A stretch of 62,906 nucleotides of DNA, filler included, from Perkinsus chesapeaki ATCC PRA-425 (lineage: Eukaryota; Protista; Perkinsozoa), in the NCBI GenBank assembly GCA_013115145.1. It is 3 parts of 3 records of this genome, joined end to end, with 100 filler letters (N's around TTAATTAATTAA, not from the genome) between each part and the next. Parts side by side here need not be neighbours in the genome. Positions count along the whole stretch, not along the records: positions 37,122 to 62,906 come from JAAPAO010000519.1; 2 more parts are not named here. One strand, given 5' to 3'. Each line of letters starts with the position of its first letter. The first letter of the stretch is position 1. The notes below the pieces were generated by a model that did no database searches, was not told the origin of the DNA, and saw nothing but the letters and a program-made list of their open reading frames with translations. A program made the position numbers and the translations under genes. Positions 48,700 through 62,094 of the stretch are shown piece after piece.

Positions 48700-50904
48700 A
48701 TGCCAATTAGCTGCTTCGGCGGGGTATGTGGTAGTAAGGACCGGCGGCGGGGGCGGAGGTCTAGTGAGAATCACTACAGTCAAACTGAAAGAGGCTTCGA
48801 GGGAGGAGGGTCTTCGGATAGGCAAGGCTCTTACTCTGAATGCTGCCATTCAATTGATAATATTGATACCTTATCAAATAGAAGCTCTGGCCGCCTCAGC
48901 TTAGATGGGGACCTCTTCATCACCGGTCATACCATTTGTGTAGATTATCAGAAATGCAATGAGCAGCCTGTTCTAGGGCAGGGGGGAGGATGTGCCGTGG
49001 TGGAGGTATGGAAGTGTCTTAAGGACGGCACACTAGTAGGTGGACAGTAGACCCTTGGGCGATGAGGATAGGGTTAATAGGTTGCGGTGAAGAGCATTGA
49101 CAAGAGTAGACCAGAATGGCGAATTGAAGTTGGTATGCTTAAAAGGGTCTGTCCTCATCCCAATATATGTTCAATAAAAGCAGTTTACATTGATAACACT
49201 ATGGTGAGATTGGTCATGGACTTCTGTGATTCAGGCACCCTCCTGTCCAGGGTCCTACAGGTAGTATCTTCTAGTTCGTATTAGGGCCTACCTGGGGCAG
49301 GTCACTTCTGGGACCACTCGTCGACACACCTCACCGGGGTTCCATCCAGCTAGACGCTCCCCTAGTTTTGGCAATACCCTCTTACCGCCGACAACATCAG
49401 TTGGTGGATCAGACGGCCCGGCCCTCCCCCCCAGTGAGACCGTCACTCGGTAGCCCAAACAGGCACGAAGCTCGCTTCTCAGTTAGAGACTCTCGTCCAG
49501 CGTCTCCTAGTGGCTCCCCGAGCCCAATTTCTCGATCACCATTGAGCTTAGCATTACGACTACTATCCAATTCCAGTGGTGGCTCGCCGTCCCCAACGGC
49601 CTCCGAGAGAGTTAGGGCGTGTCCTATGGAGGAGACGGAGGCCAAGAAATTTATGCGACATCTTTTCCAGGCACTCCAACAGTAAGTGATACGAGTTTAT
49701 ATTCCCCCTTGGTGTGCATGTCGCAACGTTCGGCTGGGTTGCGGTAGCGTGACGTTTGAGGGGTACGTTGATACATCTAGAGACATACTAGGGCGGTGTT
49801 ATAGACAGCAGCTGAAGGGAACTGACTACAATTGTTATTGAGACGTTGTGTGGAGTAGCACTCCCTGTCCTAGCTCATTAAGGCATGTACTATAGAAGTG
49901 CACCCAGCCTACTATACGACTCGGCACGTTCTGCAAAATTTTGATAATGTGTTGAGGATCTTGCGCTGGTTGCCGCTGCCGTCCTTCTTCTGTGAATGAT
50001 ATGTCGCCGTATCTTTATTTTAGGTGTCATTCCTGTGGTGTAATACACCGAGATGTTAAACTAGAGAATATAGTTATACAGGAGGATGAGCACGGCGATG
50101 ATGAAGTTGCCAAGCTTATAGACTTTGGTTTATCTCTGAGAGCTCGAAGCAAGCAAGGAGTTGTCGATAAGCACATTGCTGGGTCCGTACATTATTTAGC
50201 ACCGGAGTGTATCAGGAAAGGAAGGTACTACCCGTCGGCGGGGCATGGCATAGGGAGATAACCATCTTAAGATACTCCTTCGCCTCCGACATGTGGGCAG
50301 CGGGGGTAGTGCTCCACCTGCTCCTACGGCCATCAGTGCCCCCAGCAGCGGCTGCCGACAATAAGGCTATCATGAAGAGGATAAGTCTGATGGATCTCGA
50401 AGGTCTCGGCCAGAATGTGTCGAAGGAGGCCAGGGACCTTAGGAGCAGACTACTGTCGCTGTATCCGGATAGCAGGTAAGAGATGGAGCAGCATGCCTTA
50501 GAGTCCACCAAGTGAGTAGGTTAACTGCCGATGAAGCTCTACGGCATCCTTGGATCACACAATGCTTTGATGATGATGATCTCACTAGTGGGAGTAATCT
50601 ACCTAGGCTCGAGGGAAGCGACGATGAAACTGCCTATCGGTTACAGGCGGCGTCATCGACGGCCTCGTGGGATCCTGAGGACCGCCCTCAAAGGCAACCG
50701 CTACGTCGATGCACATCACCTGGGTTTGGCATGTCTCATAGGGCAATGTCCAGTCCTATGAATCGTAATGTAGAGTGTCGGTCGGCTGTACAAAGGCCTC
50801 TCGGTGATGGTGACCCTGTTATTATTGTCACACCGGTGTCGTCCTCTAGCTCTCCCAACTCGCCTCCTATGAAGAAGAACTCCGCCAATACCAGATCTAC
50901 TTGA
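48700..50904 (+). CDS. CAMK-like Ser/Thr protein kinase, multi-exon
   Basis: LGQGGGCAVV, VAVKSIDK, HPNIC, LVMDFC, IHRDVKLENI, LIDFGLS, GSVHYLAPE, SDMWAAGVV, RLTADEALRHPW. Confidence 0.88.
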
Positions 50905-51096
50905 CTTGGTTGTTGCCTTCGGCTTTGGAGTCATTTTGTAGCTGTACGATACTGAGCGATTGACGTACCGTCCACTGAATGTGTAACCGCAGCAGCAGCA
51001 GCCATCCAGGCTAGTATAGTTTGATGTCCTTTCTGATCTGTTATCTGAGTTGCTTTAGTTCATCCTCATACATCGTCCTTGCCAGTGACCTTACCA

Positions 51097-53846
51097 ATGA
51101 GCGGCAAAGCATGTCCAACAGTCGATAATGCTGTAGCTGCTGCTGAAGCCATGAGTGATGATCCACCCAACCCGTTCCTTATCCCGCCAGATGATGAGAT
51201 ATTCCTTATGCGTGACAGAGAGAAGAAGATCAGACAGCAAGAACGCGATGATACGAAAAGGTTAAAAGTAAGCCGAAGGATGGCCAACGAGGAGGCACGG
51301 AACTGTTAAGGTTTGGCAGAAGACAACAGCTTCGTCACGAATGGGAAGAGTTGACAAGCCTTTGATGTCCCAGATGGCCAGGGAGTCGAATCCGAAAACT
51401 ATACGGAGTCGAATTCAGACCTACAGTGGGCGTCGGTGAAGTATTAGGAGTTGAGGTCACGGTCTTTTAGGCGAGCCACCTAGGCGGGAGCGGGAGAATG
51501 TTTCCGATTATCTGTCCAAGAAGCGCGAGATGTTCTTGGTGAGTGCAAACTGGGTATCGATGCTGCTGCGATGGAATCTGAAGTCGACCAAAGGGAACGT
51601 GATGGCTTCACCCTAGGATTATATTTCAAGCTGAGGCGCTGATCAGGGATCTCAGAGGACACCGTATCACTAGCTTGGCGAGCTGGCGATTTGCCCTTCA
51701 CCATCGCACGAAGGCGTCCTTTTCAGCCTGACTCGGGGCTCGTCCTAGTTTTGGGCAGGTCCAAATGTCACTGGACGTCAAGAGGAATGAGATAAGGAAA
51801 CTGGAGGAAAAGGCGAAAAGGCGAAATGAGGCGCTTGAGAAGAGCAAACAAGTGCTAGAGGAGGACATAACCAGGTAGTGCATAACTGGACACCAGAGAG
51901 TATGACAATGACAAGGCCAAGTAGGTTCGATAAATTCCTCCAAGCGAACGACGCCTTGGCGCATAAGGCCATGAAAGCTGCTGATGATTTGAGCAAGAAA
52001 AAGCAGGGAAAGACGGTGAAAGTGAAACAGCTGAAGGCGCAGGTGTGCCGGCGGTCACTTTGGGGATTGGTCTAACAAATGACATCAGTTATCGGTAATT
52101 GAAAGTGAAATCACGAAGTTGAGAGAGCAGATGGAAGAATGTCTGAAGTAGGCCTGCAGATGGGAGGGGACCATAGGGAGTAGGCGTGCCTTGGAAAGAT
52201 ACAAGACCTTCCTGGACAAGCTAACACCGGCTGAATGGACGGCGCAGCAAGAGGAAATTAAGAGGCAGAGGAAACGACAGAGACGAAAAGTATGTAAGCA
52301 GTGGGGATCGAACCCGTGACCACCGCAGAAGGTCGGGAGTTACAGTACGCGAGGCCGAATTCAGGCTTACATTGAAAAGCGATGTGGAGAAATCGACGAG
52401 GCTGTTGCTGCTTCGGTGGCTGAAGAGGAACCAGAAGTAGCTCTGGCCCCCCCGTCGACTAACGAATCGGGCGGTATATCTGTCACAGGTGGACAAAGAG
52501 AACGACGGAGGTACTGGAAGAATAGGGACTGTCATTACTGCCATCTAGACGTGGAACGAACCGACGAAGTGATAACCCCACACAGGAGGACATCGCAGTG
52601 ATGAAGGCAAAGGAGATGGAGGTCTTACGGGAGTTGCAAGCTTTCCTTGACGTCTGTCGGAAGGCTCGGAGAAGACGGCATCGTGCCCGGCATCCAGATG
52701 AGCGACAAATAGCAGCTTACTACGACCAAGAAGTGGCGGAGTCCAGCGGGGAGGACCTGCCACTGTAGGGGCCTCGTGAACGACTGCTGGCAGTGCTGAC
52801 GTGGCAGTTGGCAGGTACTTTGAGAAGCCAAAGCAACTGCTGGAGATGTTCTCTACTTTGGAGGAACAAAACCTATTCCTAATACAGAACGGACAGGTGG
52901 GGTTAGTAGCGAGTGCCACCGACGCACACTGGAGCCATTAGGAGACTCAGCAGCAGTTGGAGGACATGGAGCAGCGCTTACAAGAGGCACAGGGCACGCT
53001 GGGGATTAAAGCGAGGCAATTGGAAAGAGAGAATCAGTTGGGCCACACTTCTGGCCACAATTGGGGAAGGAATCCTCGCTTAGGGATGCAGTCGGACGAA
53101 TTGATAGCAAACAACGAGATTGCGAGAAGCTGAAGGGCAGGATTTCTGGGCGGAGCGAAAGCCGTGACATTAAAGGCCTTCTGAAGGTTAGGCAACGATA
53201 AGCCACTTTGAGGGGTTGATGCAGGAGCTCGCTGTTGGAGTTGCCGCTATGTTCGCCACCTGTGGCTTCGATGCCGATCGTGACGCGGACCCGCTTATGA
53301 TGCTCAACGCGGCTGAGGCCAAGCTTGAGGAGCTGCTTGAGACACTGGCCTGTGAGCCGTCTTTACTAGGCTGAAGACTTACGCTTGTACCAGTTGCCGA
53401 GGCTGCTGGAGGGGTCCTGGCAGAGACGGTGGGCAGGATGGAGCGGGAGAAGGAGAAGGAGAGACGTGACCGTGTGAGGGAAGAGAAGATTGAAGCCCAG
53501 AACAAAAAGAACGAGGACCGTTTGAGGAACTCATTACTCCGCAGCCAAGCGCCGGTAGCCGTGGCTTAGCCGTCATCGATGTCAGTGGATTCCCACAGAT
53601 ATTTAAGAAGTGTGGAAAACAGATCATGTTTCGGTCTGCCCCATCACGGGAGGAGGCGAAGGAAGTGGCAGACACAGCGGCGGAGGAACACGTCGAGGTG
53701 GCTCTGGTCGAACAATACTACTTCCTTTGATCGTTCTGTTCCAGGCTATAAGCAAACTCTTCGGTTCCCGGCCTCCTCCTGGGGTCGACCTTCTTCCTCC
53801 CGGAAAGAAGAGCCCAAGGGCAGCAGCAAAGAGAAAAGGAAAATGA
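51097..53846 (+). CDS. CFAP100: Cilia/flagella-associated coiled-coil protein CFAP100/CCDC37-38-like (DUF4200)
   Basis: NPFLIPPDDEIFLMRDREK; KKREMFL; LDVKRNEIRKLEEKAKRRNEALEKSKQVLEEDI; FDKFLQAND; C-terminal GKQIMFRSAP. Confidence 0.78.
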
Positions 53847-54133
53847 TCATGGAAGCTAGTGTGACTTTGTCTGTGGTTTGTGCAAGGTGTTTGTTTTACG
53901 CAGTAGTAACAAACTTCAACAAACAACATCTGTGCTCCGTTCCTCAACAGTAGTGGGAGTTGGGACGCGGCGTCGCCCTTCAGCTCTCCGCTCACAGGAG
54001 CGGAACATCTTTGTCAACGCTGCCACACCAGGATTCCGCGACACGTCAGTTTGGAATATCATTTTTACCACTCCAGCAAATCAAATGCATCAAGTCAAGG
54101 AACGAAACGTGTTACAGTAGTATTACTGGACAG

Positions 54134-56320
54134 CTACTTATTTACGTAGAATCGGGCCAATGCGCCGTGCTCAGCTCGAGCAGCCTCGAGGCTCTTCTCT
54201 TCAACATCCACCTTACTCTCACCAGCTCTTCTCGCCCTCTTCTTCCTTTCCGCATCCCCCCGCATCTTATTCATCCTTTGCTGCCGTTTGCCTGCCTTCG
54301 ACTTCCCCCTCATCTTGTGCTTGGCGTTGAACGACTCCTCGTCATCCTCATCACTCTCGTCGCTCTCCCAGGCCGGTTTGGCGGCCTTCTTCTGGGGGGG
54401 CGCCACTCGACCAATAAAGTTGGCATCGAGGGCGATCATATCAGGCTGGAGCTTCTCGAGCAGGCTGCGGACTTGAGTCTCCCGACGCTGCTTAGTAGTC
54501 TCGAAGGGATTGGCCACATAGGAGTCGAACTGCGTGTATCCAGCACCAGGGACTAACATTGAACCAAAGCCCCCGCTGGTCCCGACCAAGAGAAGGTCCT
54601 CGTAGGGCACAAAGCGGACACTTGACACCTGATTGACAGACTTCTTTTTATCAGACCGCCTGTCAATTGCGAACTCACCAGCTGGCCAGAGTAACTGTTC
54701 TTCAAATATGTACTGGGGGCCTTGCCGCTCCTGAACACATCAGCACCTCGGAAGACCGAAACGCTGGAGCCGAAGCCGAAGGCTAAGTCGGCATCCCCGA
54801 ACGAAATGTCCATCGACGTGGGAGCTCGACCAGAAAAGCTGCACCGTTGGAGCTCCTCAGAGGGCTTTCGTAAATCATACCTATGTGTCGATTACCGACT
54901 GCTACACCCAAGCTCCTAGTATTACACTTTCCATTTACTGTCGCTGCCACACGTTACAAGATACTTTCCATCGCTCGTGACATCCAGAGCTGTTACCTGC
55001 CATACCACTCTTTCCCTAAATCAGTCTACCGTTACTACCTGTCCGAAGTGTGCCAGCATCTTCATTGCCGGCTCCTTCATGTTCGGTGTCCACATACATA
55101 CATGCCCTCTGGTATGCCCTGTTGCTATAACAGCATTCGACGGGTTCTGTCGCATAGACTGTATCGGTCCTTGCCTCGTAACAATCTTAGCCACATGTTG
55201 CCCAGTGGACTGAAATGCACCACCACTCCCCTCCACCCATCATCCACCATCATTAGTACCACGTCCCTATACCGGATCTCCCCTGTCTCCGAGGCGCTGA
55301 CCAACAGATAGTGCTTCGGTAGGAACTCCAAGTGAGTGCTGTTCATATGGTCCTTTAAGCAGTGTACTTCTGCTCCTGTTGCCGAGTCGTAGATGTACCT
55401 GCCAGCCCCGTCTCGTATCCCCTATCGGGCGTCCTCATGCTGGCTTACGTATATTTCCGTTGGGCCGCCGCAAACAAGGTTTGGTCATGGAGGAATGTGA
55501 CGTCGATAATAGGCTCATCAAGCTGCTCCGAACAGAGAGGGTTCATACTGTGACGGTCCAGAACCTGTAGAGCGTGCACTAGGGATACCCCCAAGACTCC
55601 ACTTACAGTGAACTGGCCTCCGCGGGAGCCCACGACCATATACCGGCCGTTGGTGCTGGTATTGACGGTGAACGGGCCACCAGGGAGATTGAAATCGAAG
55701 AGCTTTCGCTTCGTGCCGATGTCAACCTACAACAGCACGTCATGGTAACGTGGCCAAAGCACTTGGTTAGACCTGTGATGCCAGCTCCTTCTGAGTGAGG
55801 TTGTAGGTTTTACGAACACCGTCATCCATCTCGATGCCACCCGCATCCTCGTTCCTCTGAAATATCTCCGTGGCAACAAGCTGGGCCTCATCAGCTTCCT
55901 GTATCATAGATTTCTGACGAAGTTCCCTCCTCTGTTTCAATGACTTTGCCATCTTTTTAACACCTATCATAGACAACAAGATAGCCCTTCCAGAATACGG
56001 ACGAGCCCGATGCACAATCATAGCAAGTTCATGCTGCCTTAGGCTGGAATGAGGCAGACAATACCAAACCAGTTCGATACTGGTCAGTTCCAGCGGCCGA
56101 CACCCCGACTGGGATTAAATAGAAACGCCGCGGCGTTGGCCCCACCGTAACTACTACCCTTCTTCCCTAAATGATCCACCTTCCTATATTTCTTGGCAAT
56201 GTCTCTAAAGGTCTTATTATCCAGCTTAACTCTGCCATCATCATTCACAGCCACATGGACCTCCTGTGCCTCTAGACGCTGCCGTTTTGGTGGCTCGGCT
56301 GCTGTGGCCTCAGTGGACAT
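54134..56320 (-). CDS. WDR46: WD40-repeat rRNA processing factor WDR46/Utp7 (BING4 C-terminal domain)
   Basis: DVTFLHDQTLFAAAQRKY, HLEFLPKHYLLVS, MRQNPSNAVIATGHTRG, VRFVPYEDLLLVG, SMLVPGAG, NPFETTKQRRETQVRSLLEKLQPDMI. Confidence 0.92.
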
Positions 56321-57056
56321 TAAAGGTAACACTACAAGGGCTGAAGAGGGTCAACGCAGGGAGTAGAATTGTCCATAGATGGATTCCTGGCTGTCCGAGG
56401 GGCCACACGGCCGACGCAACGAAGTGAATAAATGGTGGAAGGAGCTGGGAAGTGTCCTAGTCAAACTAGATAACTGTTGGTTAGGAACCATACAGAAGCC
56501 ATGGCATAGTATAGTCTACTATCAGGAACACACTAGTCAATTACCGGCTGAAACAGCTTATATGCAAGTTCAAGAACAAGTAGTTTTGCCGCCGTCGTCG
56601 CGCGCCCCAGATTCTTTGTGACGACTCGTCGTAATACCAGTTATCCCATCTGGGTTACCTTCTTGTGTATAGTGTAACGACATTCCTCTATTTCGTTGTT
56701 ATCAGCTGCTCATCATCTTGATCGATAACTTAGGGCGTGTCACGACGACGGTGACGCAGAAGAAGGACGAACCCACTTAAAACCGTTTCGTTGCACCCTT
56801 ACTTCCGTACAACACAGTAAGGTGGCTGTGGACTTCAGTAATCAGGAAGTCGCAGTTTAAGGGATTGCACTTAACTTATTCGAATTCTAAGCTCAACTTT
56901 GCCGGTGTCAGAACCTGAAGCACAGACCTCCCATTAGGAAGTGACATCATAAGGGACGATCATCTTCTGGCTCAATGAAATGGTATTATTCCACGGCGTC
57001 ATCGGTGTTACTGTTTTATCTCCACATTGTAACTAACCCAGCATTTACCCCATTAA

Positions 57057-58529
57057 ATGATAACAGAAGTGTCGTTGCCATACTGTGATGACCTTCATGT
57101 CCATCTTAGACAGGATGGCATGCTTAAGGCTACAGTACCAGCTATACGGCAGGGTGGGGTTAATAGGTGTATCGTAATGCCTAATACCAACCCACCGATA
57201 ACTACATCTGCAATGGCCAAAAGGTGAGAAGAAGCACTTGCGTCTTTTGATGAATTAAAATATCGTAATATGAACTTTGCCTCTGTCATTTCAACTATTC
57301 TTGTCGACTTAATAAAATTAATAAATTTGTTCGAATAGTTCGACTTGATAAAAGCCACTACTTGGTCCCTATCCGTGATGACTGAATGGTGGTCAGGTAC
57401 AAGGAAGAGCTTGAGGCCATAGACCCTGAAGTAACCTATCTTATGATGCTTTATCTCTCCCCTAATATCGATGTTAATGACTTGGTAGCTGCCCAGCGCA
57501 ATGGTGTTATCGGGGTTAAAAGCTATCCAAAAGGGGTGCGTCCAGAAGTAGGCTGTAAGCTACCACTAGTACTACTCAGGTTACAACAGGCTCCGAGCAT
57601 GGTGTTGAATCATACGATGTTTATGACCCTATATTCACCAAGATGCAGGAGCTTGGCCTGTCCCTCCATCTACATGGAGAAGTGGGTCACCACTAGGGCC
57701 TATTACACAGTATGGAGCAGGTCCCCGGTGCTAGTGTTATGGAGGCTGAAGAAATGTTTCTCGATCAACTACATAAGCTACATAAAACCTATCCCAAGCT
57801 CAAGATAGTTTTGGAGCATTGCTCGACCAAGGCGGCAGTTGAAGCTGTGAAGGCTTGTGGGGATAACGTCGCTGCCACTATTACAGCGCATCATTTGGAC
57901 TTGACAATATCTGAGGCTAGTGACGCATTGATATTGCTTTATCAAGGCTAAGTGCTAGGTTGTCGGCTGCAACCATAACTTCTGCAAACCTGTTCCAAAG
58001 TTACCGTCGGACAGAGTGGCTCTTAGAGATGTCGTGGCCTCCGGCAACCCGAAGTTCTTTCTTGGTAGTGATTCTGCCCCACATCCCCGCTCCCGGAAGG
58101 AGGTCAGCAAACGCCACTGTTGAGAATAACGATGTCGCCCTAGGTTGGCCTTGGAGCTGCTGCGGGGGTCTACACTCAGGCCCATCTGCTGCCCTATCTG
58201 GCTGAGACCTTTGATGGCATGGGGTGCATTGACAAACTCAGGGACTTCGCATGTTCGACACCGCCTTCCTTGTTGAGGGTATCTTTGCTGACCAGGTGTT
58301 TTCGGCGCTAAGTTTTTCGGTTTGGAAGTGAAATCGAAGGACTCCATAAGGTTGGTGAAAACTCCTTCCATCATCCCCGAATTCGTAAGACGTCCTCCCC
58401 CTCATTTCGTTTGCCTACTGATACCCCGCTCAGGTCGGCAATGAAAGCTCTCTAGGCTCTGACACCGGCCAATGGATAGTACCGTACCGTGCTGGTCAAT
58501 CATGTGAATGGTCTATTAAGTTGGCTTAA
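57057..58529 (+). CDS. pyrC: Dihydroorotase, class II monofunctional (PyrC/Ura4 type)
   Basis: DDLHVHLRQ, IVMPNTNPP, GVKSYPKG (carbamylated-Lys position), HLHGE, VLEHCST, ITAHHL, CKPVPK, FFLGSDSAPH. Confidence 0.93.
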
Positions 58530-58903
58530 GTTTCCTTATCAACAGTAGACTTGCGCTACGGACAGTAGTTATACAATAATGCAATGCAGGCCTGTTTTTG
58601 GGAAGTATTCGGCGTCGGTTCCTCACTTGTCTGTGTTGCTGCACACTCTTAATTGTGCATTTGAAACGTCGTGAAAATCGATTCGTTATAGATTTGATTG
58701 TCTCCTAACTGTTGTAAGGTGGCCGAAAGAAATAACGTCACCATCACGGGGAATAACGCCATGAAACATTTTAATATTCCTTCCATTATTTCCGAAAGTT
58801 GGAGGGTCCCGTGTTCAGTGAGGGTGTTTGAGAACGCACTAACAAAAGCAAAGGATGGTGGAAAATGATGTCCAAAAAGTACAGGAATGGTAAGCTATTA
58901 ACG

Positions 58904-61789
58904 TTAAAATGCACATTTACACCGGCAGTTCAGAACTGGGCATCTTTTCCCAGGCTCATCGAACCATTCACTAATATGCCCAACATGCCCACCATGACCA
59001 CAGGCATTGCAGATCTGAGAACATACATAACACAACGACCAAGACTGCCAATGGTTGCCATACTGTTGCCAACCCCTTCACATCTTCATGGCATACCGCA
59101 CATTTGGTTACAGTTGGTCGGATGTCCACTGCGGACTCCTCGCTAAATGATACCTGCGAACCTATCACCACTTAGCAGCGCCTCAGTTGGTTACATCATC
59201 TTCTATATTATCAACCAATAAGCCTGAGCTGTCGGACGGGAATTGTGCAGTGAGGTCTGGCCATGACCCTAAGAGCTCAAGTCTGACCATTAGAGCAGGG
59301 CGAGACCTACCTCCTGTGGCGTGCCAATTGCCTTCAGGATCAGACACCCTCATCAACATAGTCGATGATGCTGCCGCGACCGGCCCTCGCCGAGACGGCG
59401 TTCGTCGTATCCTTTCTCCCGCCACTATGATGAAATCAGTGGAGCTTGTACACCGACAGTTGCTCCCTTCAAGTGTGTGCATGAAACATCGCAGCATCGC
59501 CGCGTTATTGAATCGCTAAGGTGGACTATTTCGACCAATTAAGAGTTATTACTGTTGATCTGTCCGACACTATCTCCACTTTCTTCGCGACCCGTTGGAT
59601 CTCCGGTACACTGATGAATGTCCTGACGGTTGAGCCAAGACTGGTATCGGCACTCAACAGGCGCTGCGGTACGTATATCTGAATCAATATGGATAAAACG
59701 TTAGGGAGTAAGGCGGCCCTACCACGGGGGAGGCAGGACGATCGTAGGCGACAACCGATGGTGGCTGGGAAAGCGAATCACTGGTAAGGGGAGGGGTGCA
59801 GTAGCCGGGGTATCTGGCTTATAACTAGCCCAAGTAGAGCCAGGGTCAGCTGCAGCTTACGCAGGGGAGCCAGAGGCGGGCGTCGGGGACTCCATCGTTT
59901 TACTCTTGCTGATCTGGTTATCTAACACCTCCAAAGTAGCCTATGCTTGCCATGCCGCAGTATTACAATTCCATTCATTACAAAAACTAGCCGAGGCGCC
60001 GATGTCGGTCCAGTCGGGGCCGAAACAATCCTCTTGGTGATCTCCATGGAGGGGTGGCGCTGTGGCCTCGGAAATGGACGATGTAGAGGATGTGAGTCTG
60101 AAGCTACGTCATGTAAAGAGGTCGAGCAATCTTACCGCATGTCAGTCGAAGCGGCTCCTGTCGACCTCGGCACTCTCAGCCATGGGCTTCCTGGTGCCCC
60201 GCCGGATAAACAAAGATCGCTGTGAATCTTACGCAGAGACTGACGATAGTGATCTCATCGAATGCTGAAAAAGGCAACCGCTTACAACTGGCCGTTTGCA
60301 CATATAAAGGAAACCAGGCCCAGTGTAGCCCGGAGTCGTCGTCGTCGTTCCGCCCCTACTGTAGCGCAACGATTGGCTTGACTAAAGAGAAGATTAAGTC
60401 CATCGCAGAACTATCCATTTATTACAGCGTTCTTCGGTATTCCCAAAGTCGGTGGCGGCATCCCCTTGCCAGTTGGCGCTCCAGTCGGGCAGAAGCCGAT
60501 GGCGATCTGAAGGTACACCACTTGATCGGGAAATGCCTAACTGCCTGCCTCACCCCGGGGAACCAGTCGCCTTGTTGACTGATCTCTGTGCTGCCACCAT
60601 CGTAATAGTCCCCCTCATTAGCCAGATTAATAGGGGGCAGCGGCGCTATGGACTTGGAGCCACGTGGACGTCTAGTAGTTGTAGAGGGATCCGAAAACAT
60701 AAGTATCAGGGCCGATAGCAGGGCATACCTAGAACCAGGTCATCAAGCTAACAGTTGCTATGTACATCAGGCGCAATTAAGCATCCATTATAGGACCTCC
60801 ACGGCTGGGGAGCGCAATCCCATTAACAATTAACAGGACTCCATTAACAGTACTTTCAAAAGTCCTGACAGCTCCCTCTCCTCCTCCCCAACCCACGAGA
60901 CCGTGAGCTTAAGTTCCGCCGAGAATGCATGGTAAAAAGACGACTAGCTCATACATAGACAGAGCTGAGCCAAGAGCCCAGGAGCCTGTATTAAACGGCA
61001 CTACGGTCATTGACTACTTGGTCATTGAATAGTCGATATGGACGATACAGGTAAATATAGTCTCAAGATAATACGGAAAAGGAAGCTCTCATCCCTGTTG
61101 CCCATAAACCCCACGGCCCTATAGTACGGATCATCCCTGAGATCTCCAATCACAAACGGCAGTAGTGCCTCCGCTAACACTGTGGCCTCGGCGAACTGCC
61201 TGTCGCTGCGAAGAACTGTCCCAAGAAGCTCAAGGGCCTGACATGCACTCAATTGACCGGGAAGTATATAGCTGTAGCTCACCTGCTTAGACTTTGTATT
61301 TTCACAGCGAGCCACGAGCCTATCGCACTCCCCACAAAGTCCATCAGTACCCTCGCCGACCCGGACCTCCGGTAACGGTGCGCTGATGGCAGCAAACCAC
61401 GGGGGAGAAGTGGCCACTAAAGCCTCCGGAACTTTGCCTTCAATTGTTGTAGGTGACTTGCCTTTCAACGTCCATAAACGACCCCTACAGGCAGTATCGA
61501 CTTGAGTAAAATCAGAACCTTACCCAGGGCCCCAGACAAGCACTCCCCGGTGATACTTGGTTGCCGAAAATTCCCCGTCTCTTTGAGCAGCATCATCCTC
61601 AAAGCCGTCGGAGACCTCACTGGCCTCCGAGTCCTGCTGGCCTCCACCAAAGGTGGACATTGCCATATAGCCGAACTGACCACTGCCCAGGATTGAACTC
61701 GGAACGCGAAACAGTATGCAGGTGAAACACAGAGTTGGTGATGGATAACTACTAAGGAGCTGCTGAAGGCCGAGACCGCCGAGCGACAT
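58904..61789 (-). CDS. Protein with C-terminal RING of the GATOR2/SEA (WDR59/WDR24/MIOS) type; 5' structure tentative
   Basis: Last exons splice to KCAVCHEDVKGLAT|ICNACGHGGHVGHISEWFDEPGKRCPVLNCRCKCAF stop, the characteristic CGHGGH...W...CP..C.C.C pattern. Confidence 0.6.
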
Positions 61790-62094
61790 TGTGAATGGAA
61801 TACCTTCTGTTCAAGGCAAGCGTATGACGATGACACTACTGTCAGTAACAGTAGGCAGCAGCAGCAGCAGCAGCCTGTGAGTTATACAAATGAAGGAACG
61901 ATTGTACTGATGAGGACGTACGATAGATATTAGCTTAGACAACTGGTGGTGAAATAGACCACGAGGAGGAGAGAAAAGATACAGATGGCATTTTTGGTCC
62001 TCTGACTAGAAGGTCTAATAGAGACAACAGATATCAGTTCATTTACAATGAATGATAGTAGACCAGTAGACATCATCATAATAAAATTATACGG

